Of a DNA stretch of 64,000 nt, positions 39,520-49,879 are shown in pieces. Within the stretch, counting starts at the first letter, position 1; the number at the start of each line of letters is the position of its first letter. The notes under the pieces were generated by a model, which saw nothing but the letters and a program-made list of their open reading frames with translations, had not been told where the DNA came from and searched no databases. The position numbers and the translations under genes were made by a program. This DNA is from Squalus acanthias (Eukaryota): positions 186,001 to 250,000 of the forward strand of contig JASTWF010000070.1 of NCBI GenBank assembly GCA_030390025.1. Reading direction: 5' to 3'.

Positions 39520-40250
39520 TTCAAATGGGGTAGAGGATCTGGGGTGCAGATACACAAATCACTAAAAGTAGCGACACAGGTTAACAAGGTCATTAAAACA
39601 AGCAAAACAAGCACTGGGGTTAATTTCTCGAGGGATAGAATTGAAAAGCAGCGAAGTTGTGTTGAACTTGTATCGAACCTTGGTTAGACTACACTTGGAA
39701 CACTGTGCACACTTTTGGTCTCCATATTATCAAAAAGGACATTGAGGCACTGGAGACGGTGCAAAAAAAGATTTACAAGGATGATACAGAACTGAGAGGT
39801 TATAACTATCAGGAAAGATTGAGCAGGCTGGAACACATTTCTCTCGAAAAGAGAAGACTGAGGGGTGACCTGATAGAGGTCTTTAAGATTATGAAAGGGT
39901 TTGATAGGAAGAGGAGATGTTTTGACTTGTGAGGAGACCAGAAGTAGGGGCCATAAATAGAAGATAGTCACTAATAAATCCGATAAGGAATTCAGGAGAA
40001 AATTCTTTACCCAGAGAGTGGTGAGAATGAGGAACTCGCTACCACAGGGAGTGGTTGAGGCGAATAGCATAGAAGCATTCAAGGGGAAGCTTGATAAACA
40101 CACGAGGAAGAAAGGATTAGAAGGATATTGTGATGGGGTGAGATGAAGAGGGGTGGGAGGAGGCTCGTGTGGAGGAGAAACCCCGGCACGGACCAATTGT
40201 TCCGAATGGCCTGTTTCTGTGCTGTGAACACTTTGTAACTTTGTAAAGCA
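39520..40250 (+). mobile_element. CR1 LINE 3' fragment
   Basis: LEKRRLRGDLIEVFKIMKG motif and CR1 3'UTR. Confidence 0.8.
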
Positions 40251-41723
40251 GAACCCTTCGGCTGTGACTGAAAGCGGTTTGCTGGTGATGTTAATAATTC
40301 GCAGCGGTAACACAATTCGCTCTTCACATTCGGAAATCGGGCAAATATAAGAGTAAAATTCAAAGGCTGTTTCGCCGAGATGCTGTGATATATTTCGGGT
40401 ACACCTTCGATTTCATATATATTTAAAAGCTGGGTATGAGGTCTTTGGTGTGGTGATTAATGGATAATTGAGCTGGTTATTAGGCTCTGATCTCATCGAG
40501 AAGCTCTTGTAATTCATGTACCGAGGGGATATAAACATGCCGAAATTAACAATATTTTGCTGTCAAAATATTCTGCACAGATATTGCAAAGAGTATTTGG
40601 AGACACTTGTCACAAGGTCGCTGCAGGTGAAAAAGGCCATTCTACCAAACGTAGCTCAGGACTCCAGAAAGGTTCTGACCTTCTCGCCCATCAGGGCAGC
40701 CAAACTGTTACCTAAATGACTCCAGGGGTTTTCATTCACACCAGAGGACCATTCCATGTGCTGATCACTCCTTGTGTGTTGAACTTCCAGTAATCAGTCT
40801 TCAATTTGCTTTTTAGTATTCCGAACTAATTATCCTACTAGCGACAGGAACATTGGAACGGGAGGAGGCCATTCAGCCTCTGGAGCCTGTTCCACCATTC
40901 AATTTGATCATAACTGACCTGCAGGTTAACTCCATCTACCCGTCTTGGTTCCGTATCTCTTAATACCCTAACCCAACAAAAATCTATCACTCTCAGTGCT
41001 GAAAATTTCAATTGACACCCAGCCTCTACATCTTTTATGGAGAGAGCGTTCCAGATTTCCACTACCCTTTGTGTGAAGCAGTGCTTCCTGACATCACCTC
41101 TGAACGGACTTGGTCTAATTTTAAGGTTATGCCCCCTTGTTCTGGAATCCCGCCCCCCAAACAGAGGGAATAGTTTCTCTCTATCTACCCAATCAACTGC
41201 TTTATCATTTTTATCACCTCAGTTGGATCACCCCTTAAACTTCTAAACTCAAGAGAATACAAGGCTAGTCTATGGAACCTGTCCTTAGAATTTAAACCTG
41301 TTTTATCCTGATCACATTTATTATAAGTGAAATATTGGTCGATAGGAACCGCTCGTGCATCGTTACATTCGAAGAATAATTTATTTTATTTACACACAAG
41401 CATTTGCAAATAAAAATCCTGTTACTAACGGGAACTACAGGATGAGCAGGAAAGGTTCAGATAAACACCAAATCGAGAAGTCCCTGCTCTTAATGTTTGT
41501 CTCACGCTTGAATTACACTAATGCAGTGGAATATCTTTACAATACTCAAAGCACGTTCGTTACATTGAACAGAAAGAGTCTTTGCAACCTCCGGCGAGTG
41601 CAGGGAGATAGTTTAGATGTTTGACGGGATTCTCCGTGACTCCATTCTTATTCCCGAAGGCTGTGGGTTCTTTTGTAAGTCCGGTCTCCTCCCGCATCCA
41701 TCGGATAGAAACCCTCCGGGTTC

Positions 41724-44700
41724 TCATCCGCGACCCGCCTTCTTTTTTGATGACTTTTCCGAGGCAGTAAATTCCAGAGAGGCGTAAAGATGCTGGTCTC
41801 GAGGGCCGCCCTGAGACAGGAAACATTGACATTTCAAGATATTTAAAGGCAGGTCAAACTATCTCGTCCTGCAGTCGCGTTTTATGGAATCATAGAATTA
41901 TGCAGCACAGAAGCAGGCCATTCGGTCCATCGTGCCTGTGCTGGGTCTTTGAAAGATCATAAGAACATAAGAACATAGGAATTAGGAGCAGGAGTCGGCC
42001 ATACGGCCCCTCGAGCGTGCTCCGCCATTCAATAAGATCATGGCTGATCATCGACCTCAACTCCTCTTTCCCACCCGATCTCCATATCCCTTGATTCCCC
42101 TAGAGTCCAAAAATCTATCTATCTTAGTCTTGAATATATTCAAAGACTGAGCATCCACACCCCTCTGGGGCAGAGAATTCCAAAGATTCACAACCCTCTG
42201 AGTGAAGAATTTCCTCCTAATCTTAGTCTTAAATGGCCGACCCCTTTTCCTGAGACTATAGCCCCTAGTTCTAGACACTCCTGCTGGGGGAAATAACCTC
42301 TCAGCATCTACCCTGTCAATCCCCCTCAGAAACTTGTAGATTTCAATGAGATCACCTCTCATTCTTCTAAACTCTAGAGAGCATCGGCCCAATAAATTCA
42401 ATCTCTCATCATAGGACAGCCCTCTCACCCCAGGAATTAATCTAGTGAACGTTCGTTGCACCGCCCTTAAGGCAAGTATATCCTTCCTTAGATAAGGAGA
42501 CCAAAACAGAGCACAGTACTCCAGGTGTGGTCTCTCCAAGCCCCTGGACAATTGTTGCAAGGCTTCCTTACTCTTATACTCCAACCCCCTTGCAATAAAG
42601 GCAACATGCCCTTTGTCTTCCTTATTGCATGCTGTACCTGCATGCTTGCTTTCTGTGTTTCTTGCACGAGGACACCCAAATCTCTCTCAAGACAAACATT
42701 TAAAAGTTTCTCACCATTTAAAAAATATTCTGTTTTTCTATTCTTCGTACCAAAGTGAATAACCTCACATTTCCCTACATTATACTGCATCTGCCACTTT
42801 ACTGCCCACTCTATCCAATTAGTCCCGCTCTTCCTGCTTTTCCCCACAGACCTGCACATAATTATCCTTCGAATACTTATCCAATTCGCTTGTGAAATTT
42901 AGCATTGAATCTGCTTCCACCACCCTCTTTCTAAATTTGAGAATCTTTTGCTTAATATGTCCACACAAGTACTGTCTGAATAATGTTTTAACAAACAGAG
43001 GAGCACAACTCGTAAAGCAGCTTAACCCAGAAATCACCAACATTTTATCAGAAAACTTGGATGATGAGTCTATTTGTTTGACTGGATGGTCACATCAAAA
43101 CAATCCAATCAGACGGCCATGTTTCGCCATCTCCAAGGTTACGTAGATCACAATCACTCAAACACAATCAATCATATCCAACCAGAATCACACACACACG
43201 CCATCACACATCATAACAGAAAGAAAGACTAGCCTTTCTACAGCATCTTTCATGATCTCAGAACGTTCCAAAACGCTTTACAGCCAATTAAATGCTTTTG
43301 AAGTGTAGCCACTGTTGAAATGTAGGAAACGCGGCAGCCAATTTGCGCACAGCAAGCTTCCACAAACATCCATGTGATAATGACCAGAACATCTGTTTTT
43401 TCGTGATGTTGATTGAGGGATAAATATTGGCCGAGGACACTAGCGAGAACTCTGCTGCTCTTCTTCGAGTGAGTTATTTTACGTCCACCTGAGAGGGCAG
43501 ACGGGGCCTCAATTTATCATCTCATCTGAAAGACGGCAGCTGCGACGGTGCAGCACTCCCTCAGTATTGCCCCTCCGAAATGCAGCGCTCCCTCAGTACG
43601 GCCCCTCCGACAGTGCAGCACTCCCTCAGTACTGCCCCTCTGACAGTGCAGCGCTCAATCAGTACTGCCTCTCTGACAGTGCAGCACTCCCGCATTACTG
43701 CCCCTCCGACAGTGCGGCGCTCCCTCAGTATTGCCCCTCCGGCAGTGCAGCGCTCCCTCAGTACTGCCACTCCAACTGTGCAGCGCTCCCTCAGTACTGC
43801 CCCTCCGACAGTGCGGCGCTCCCTCAGTACTGCCCCTCCGACAGTGCGGCGCTCCCTCAGTACTGCCCCTCCGACATTGCGGCGCTTCCTCAGTACTGAC
43901 CCTCTGACAGTATAGCGCTCCCTCAGTGCCGCACTGGGAGCGTCAGCCTTGAATTTTTTTGCGCAATTCTCTGGAGTGGGACTTGAACCCATGACCTACT
44001 GACCCAGAGGCAAGAGTGCTACACACGGAGTCATGGCTGACAATCACACACACGCACGCTCACTTACACACTCACAAAACCTCATACATACACACACACA
44101 CTCACTCTCTCAGGCACTCACTCGCAGACACACACACACAATCTCATACGCACACACACACTCACACACACACATTCTATCCAAACAGTTTCCTTCTTCG
44201 ACGACTTACCATAGAAACATATTTTGACTTATCTGTGAAATTATTCTGGCTGTCGTATTATTCCTGAATCTTCATAATAATATATTAAAAACAGTATCTC
44301 GGCCGGATTGGGGGTGGTGGGTGGGAGCGGGGGTTGGTGGGGGGAGCGGACATGGATTCAATGTAGAGATAAAAATAATATAAAATAGCAAAAATCTGTA
44401 AATCTGAAATAGAACCAGAAACTGCTGGAAATCCGCAGTTGAATCTGGTGAAGGCATTCTACCCGGAACATTAACCTATCCTTTCTATTATCAGATGGGA
44501 AGAGGGCTGCGGGATATGTTCTGTTTCCAGTTGGAGCAACGAATGGGATTCGCTGCAAATTAAGATGATCTGGACTATGACCTGCTCAATGCCAACCGCA
44601 TGAAATATCCAGCATGTGGCGCATTGCACCCATCCCAGAAATCACCAAGTTCCTGTATATTATTGCAACAGGTTCAATGAACTTACTTACATGTATTGCA

Positions 44701-47700
44701 CCCTGATGTGTCCGCTTCGCCTCCATTTGACGGGTGTCACCTGTGTATTAACAGTTACGAATATGTATTTAAATATTATCAATTCTGTCTAATCTATAAT
44801 TAATTATAGAGGCACCATGCGCAAATGGTCCACTAATATGACAATGGTCCATTAATACGCCAATGGTACCCCAATATGCCAGTGGTCCAACAATATGCAA
44901 TGGCACCTCAATATGCCAATTGTCCCCCATACGCCAATGGTACCCCAATACGCCAACTCTCTCCCACTATGCCAATGGTCCACCAATAATATCTCAATAA
45001 TATCTCAATAAGCCAACGAACCCCTAATACGCCAAGAGTAGCCCAATGCGCCAATGGTCCCCCACTATGCAAATGGTACCCCAATACGCCAATGGATAGA
45101 CACGGGCTATCCATCCCCGGTGTCTGGCGGCTATTGTCCATCTGATACGCAATTGTCAGCATTAATAACCAATAATTAGCCTTTCTGTAGAACCAGTAGA
45201 ACGGAGCACGATGGCAGGACATTTTATTGCCTGGAAATGAACTTATTGATCTTTGAAATATCCTGCGATTGATGTTTTATCTGCACCAACATTTCAATCC
45301 AACTCACCCGGGTGTCGCTCATTTCTTCCGGCTCTTATCGTTCTCTCTCTCAAATTAAAACTGTATGCGAAGAAAAATATTAAACAAGCATTACTTCTTT
45401 TACATCGTTTGTCACATGCCATAAATATCGAGAACAGAATTGTGGAATGGACTTTGAATCAATCTTAAAGGACGTGGAAAATATTGAAATTGGAGTTGGG
45501 GTTGACTGGTTTTGACACATGTGTTAAATACAGTGAGACTGTTACTGATGAACATTGTAAATGGTTCAGTTACTCACCTTTCCTTGTGGGGTCTCTTGAC
45601 TCGTTCTTCTGAAACAATTAACTGTAATTAGTATTTAAAGCTTCTAGAAGGGAATCACATTAAACAAACATTTATTAAAATATTCCGTATAAACGTAAAT
45701 TCTCACCTGATCTGTTGCTTTTATGATTCCAAATGAAAATGAGGATCAATACCAGAACCAGGATCACCGAGACAGTTATTGCAACGGGAAGGGTCAGAAT
45801 GCACCACCCTACAGAGAGAAACACTTAGAAAATGCATCTGGGTCAAATCATTACTTTCTGGGATACTCTGATGAGAAACGTGAACCAGTTACAATGTAGG
45901 AGCATCAAACCCGGGGTGTGAAAGGACAAACCAGCCAATGCGACTAATATTGGACAAGTGAAAGCTCATAATGGAATAAATTGCACTAGTTTGGTGGTTT
46001 AGGCAAATTGACAGACGGCACCCTCAGTACTGCCGCATAATTTTACTAATGCACAATCAAAACATCCTATTTGAAAACTGAATCATAGAATGATTACAGC
46101 ACAGAAGGAGGCCATTCAACCCATCGGGTCTGTGCGGGCTCTTTTGTGGAGCTAAGCAATTAGTCCCACTCCACTTCTCTTTCCCCATAGCCCTGTTCAT
46201 GTTATCCCTTCAAGTATTTATCTAATTGTCTGTTGAAAATTGCTATTGAACCCGCTTCCACCGCCCTTTCAGGCAGCACATTCCAAATCACAACAACTCG
46301 CTGTGTAAAAAAATCAGCTCATCTCGCCTCTGGTACTTCTGCCAATCAAATTAAATCGGTGTCCTCTGGTTACCGACCCTTCTGCCAATGGGAAAAGTTT
46401 TTTCTTATTTATTCTGTCAGAACCCTTCATGATTCATGATTGAATCTCCTCTTAACCTTCGCTGCTCTATGGAGAACAATCCCAGCTTCTCCAGTCTCTC
46501 CACATAACTGAAGTCCCTCATCCTTGGTACCATTCTAGGAAATCTCCACTCTACCGTCTCCAATGAATTGACATCCTTCCTAAAGTGTAGTGCCAAGAAT
46601 TAGACACAATACTCCAGCTGTGGCCCAACCATTGCTTTATAAATGTTTAGCATAACTTCCTTGCTTCTGTACTCTGTTCCTCTATTAATAAAACCAAGCA
46701 CCCCATATGTATTTTTAACAGTCTTCTCGACTTCTCCTGCCACCTTCAAAGATTTGTGCTCATACACCCCCCATGTTTTATTGTGATAAACTGAAACGAT
46801 TACACAATTTCAGTGAAGCTTCATAACCTGATTATATGAAATTATATTTCACGGGGAGAGTGGGGATTGATAAGGGGGGTTCGGGTCTTTAAAACAGCAA
46901 ACGAGAAAATAAACGGGTGGAAATGAGCGAGCGTCTGATGCCAGCAGACGCGTTCAGCCAACTATTTCACCGCATCTCTTGACTAGTTTCAGGTCAGAAA
47001 GCGCGTTCACTCCAATCCATTCCAGGATGCGCTGCCTGAAAGGGCGATGGAAGCTGATTCACTAATAACTTTCAAAAGGGAATCGGATAAATAATTGAAG
47101 GGGAGAATTTTGCAAGGGCTGTGGGGAAAGAGCTGGGGCGGAGTGGGATTAATTGGATAGCTCTTTCAAAGAGCCGGCTCAGACACGATGGGCCGAATGG
47201 CCTCCTTCTGTGCTGCATCATTCTATGATTCCAAAATGACCCGCAGAAATTTAAAGTCAGCCAAGAGCGGAGGAAGTAGCTACAAGACCTGGGACGGAGG
47301 GCAACCTTAGCTTATTTCAATGTATTTTATAACGCACTATTCTCCTGATATATAGATATTCATGCTTATCCCGTGGTGTTGCTTTATTTACAGACTTCAG
47401 GCGATTAGGAGCGAGTGAACTACTCCAACTGACGCTAAAGCTCAATACTGCCATTCGCCATACAGATCACCGACTTACCTGCCACTGTTTTGGGCGCGAC
47501 ACGCTCTTGGCCCAAGATTTGTCCTTGGAACCCAGCTCAACAATACAGGCGCAGACCCCGCCGCTTCTCCAGGCTTCCCCCGAGACCATCACATGGCTTC
47601 TGATGCTGTAGGTCCCGTCCGGGCCCAGTGTACCGGAATCGCTGCGTCCCTCGGTCACCTCTCCGGTAACGTTCCAGTAAAGAGCAATCTGGTTCAAGGA

Positions 47701-48910
47701 GACGCCAGTGACCAAACACACCAAGGGGACGGTGTCCCTTAAATGCGGCTCCCCCGGCAGAGCAAACACCAGCACAGCCGTCTTGGGTGTGGAACTGTCT
47801 GGACAGGGATTGGGACACAGTTAACTCTTACTTTACACCGAATGATATTGCTGTGCATGATCTGAATTCAATTTGGTTTTGCTCTTACCTCCAACCAGCA
47901 GTGTGGATCCATTCCCGAGCGGTGCATAGCTACCGCTAGCAGCACAGTAATAGGAGCCGGTGTCAGCCACCTGTACATTGCGGATTTCCAGGATCAGTAT
48001 ATATTTGGTGTGTCCTTTTTTAGAAGTAAACTTGCAATCGGTCCGATTACAGGATGGGATATCGATTAGTCTCGGGGCTTCACCCACATGCTGCTTGTAC
48101 CAGAAATAGCTATTCACCAAATTCACTTCATAAATCTCGTGACATTCCAATTTGACCGACTGGCCGACTCCGGCTGTCACTGTGAAGGGGCTCCGAGACT
48201 GGATGGGCTGCGATTCTGCAACTAGAAGGATTATTGTGACATTAGAAGTGATTATTGAGCGATAGAAAGAAGCCGCGTTGAAACACCTCGCCTGTAATTT
48301 AAGAACAGCATCATTATTGCCTTCAGTTATTGCTGGTTATATCCATTCTCTAGTTTGCCTTTACTTCGCCTTATAGAAGGACTAGAAAGTAAACCAACAT
48401 GATCAACAACAACTTTCTTTGATACAGCGACTTTAACGTAATTAAGCGACCCAAGGCGCTTTACACAAATTTGACACCTACCACAGAAGGAGATATTAGG
48501 ACAGGTGACCAAAAGCTTGGTCAAAGAGCTAAGTGCTAAGGAGCGTCTTAAAGGAGGGGAGAGAGGCGGAGAGGGTTAAGGAGGGAATTTCAGAGCTGAG
48601 GGCCCAGGCAGCTGAAGGCACGGCCACCATTGATGGAGCGATGGAAATCGGGGGATGCGCAAGAGGGCAGAATTGGAGCAGCGCAGAGATCTCGGAGGGT
48701 TGCAGGGCTGGAGGAGGTTACAGAGATAGGGAGGGGGAGAAAATATCAGCCCAAAAGTTGTTAGTTCGGTCACATTTTCAACTTAGTAAACACAGTCCAT
48801 TGTTTCCAGTTTTTGGCTGATTCCATTTAGGAGTTTGGAACCGTGTCTCACTCACCGTAAGGCCAGAACACGTGGACAATGAGGATCAGGGAAAAAGTTG
48901 CCTTGAACAT
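41724..48910 (-). CDS. R2: non-rearranging VJ-C1-TM IgSF receptor, inhibitory type (YASL tail); exons 48856-48910, 47889-48221, 47479-47798, 45707-45808, 45578-45608, 45308-45360, 44691-44740, 41724-41810
   Basis: Leader MFKATFSLILIVHVFWPY; V ...KLEC...FWYKQ...YYCAASGSYAPLGNGSTLLVG; 90-nt intron; C1; neutral TM WCILTLPVAITVSVILVLVLILIFIW; tail exons phase-compatible (1-2, 2-1, 1-0, 0) ending GGPRDQHLYASLEFTASEKSSKKKAGRG*; the C1 donor is 1 nt out of phase with the TM exon. Confidence 0.8.
41957..42820 (-). mobile_element. CR1 LINE 3' fragment in the last R2 intron
   Basis: RPHLEYC...RRMRGDLIE...FFTQRVVNLWNSLP on the minus strand. Confidence 0.88.
43540..43930. repeat. 33-bp minisatellite (about 12 units) inside a SINE
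   Basis: Same unit as 32432-32761. Confidence 0.9.
44820..45095. repeat. Imperfect tandem repeat of about 20 bp (CCAATGGTACCCCAATAYG-like)
   Basis: Repeated ccaatgg/ccaata units in an R2 intron. Confidence 0.7.
45707..45808 (-). CDS. R2 transmembrane exon (uncharged)
   Basis: tctctctgtag acceptor, 102 nt, long hydrophobic stretch, TCAG|gtgag donor. Confidence 0.85.
47479..47798 (-). CDS. R2 C1-set exon
   Basis: DSSTPKTAVLVFALPGEP...LVCLV...YWNVTG...DGTYSIRSHV...GVCAC; clearly homologous to the R1 C1. Confidence 0.88.
47889..48221 (-). CDS. R2 VJ exon
   Basis: V-set Cys/Trp/DTGSYYC, J-like LGNGSTL, extra Cys pair SCNRTDC; canonical AG/GT. Confidence 0.9.
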
Positions 48911-49131
48911 CTTGAGGCCGGAGCCGCGCTCAGTTATTCCCGTGCTCGCTCTCAACATTCTGCATTCGGAGTGGGCGCCGAGTGACCCGAGCGCACACAC
49001 AGTTGATTACACCCCCTTCAGATACGGTGGAAACTATTCCGCGCTAAGCCTTTGCGTGTGTATCTTGTTGGATGCCACGCCTCATGCATTTTACATGTGG
49101 GCAGTGCCTGAACGTCACAGCGGTCAGTCTA

Positions 49132-49139
49132 ATGCAAAT
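49132..49139 (-). promoter_or_regulatory. Octamer ATTTGCAT upstream of R2
   Basis: Plus-strand ATGCAAAT about 220 nt upstream of the R2 ATG, with CRE-like GTGACGTTCA at 49109-49118. Confidence 0.45.
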
Positions 49140-49879
49140 TGCAGGATGGCCATAAAGAGCTTTCGATTATATTTCGGAGAGGGTGCCAGAAAGGTTATGG
49201 TTTGGATGCGTGCACTTGTCATTGTTCTGAATTTTAATTTTGGCAGTTAAAGTTGAGAATTGTATTTAATTCATTCACGGGATGTAGGCGTCGCTGGCAA
49301 GGCCAGCATTTATTGTCCATCCCTAGTTGCCATTGAGAAGGTGGTGGGGAGCCGCCTTGTTGAACCGCTGCAGTCCCGTGAGGTGAAAGTGCTCCCACAG
49401 TGCTGTTAGGGAGGGAATTCGAGGATTTTGACCCAGCGACAATGAAGGAACGGCCGGTATTTGTCCAAATCAGGATGGTGTGTGTGACTTGGAGCGGGGA
49501 ACTTGAAGGTGATGGTGTTACCATGCGCCTCCTCTCCTTGTCTTTCTAGGTGTTGGAGGTCGCGGGCTTGGGAGGTGCTGTCGGAGAAGCCTTGCCGAGT
49601 TGCTGCAGTGCATCTTGTAGATGGTACACACTGCAGCCACGGTGCGCCGGTGGTGGAGGGAATGGATATTTAATGAATTATATTGAGGCTCAGAATAGTA
49701 TCAATTACTTCTGTGCTAACACTGGGCAATGCAGATAAACAGGACGCGGTGTCACATGGAAGGGGAGGCTGTAAATGTGGTCAATGTACTCGAGTCGGCT
49801 CTCTGTTAAGTTGAATCTACCCTGGGTGACAACTGTCTTTTGTGTGCGGTTGAACATGTTGCCTGACTGTTTGAAATTT

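Noticed and set aside
44210-44265. Possible additional R2 exon ending at a strong minus-strand gtaagt donor
   Set aside because: Not needed for the phase-consistent exon chain, and the homologous donor is not kept in the R3 relic.
33571-48910. R1/R2 as conventional rearranged TCR or Ig chains
   Set aside because: No RSS or separate J segments, V-C introns of only about 90 nt, a multi-exon Tyr-motif tail and TM sequences unlike the conserved TCR pattern.
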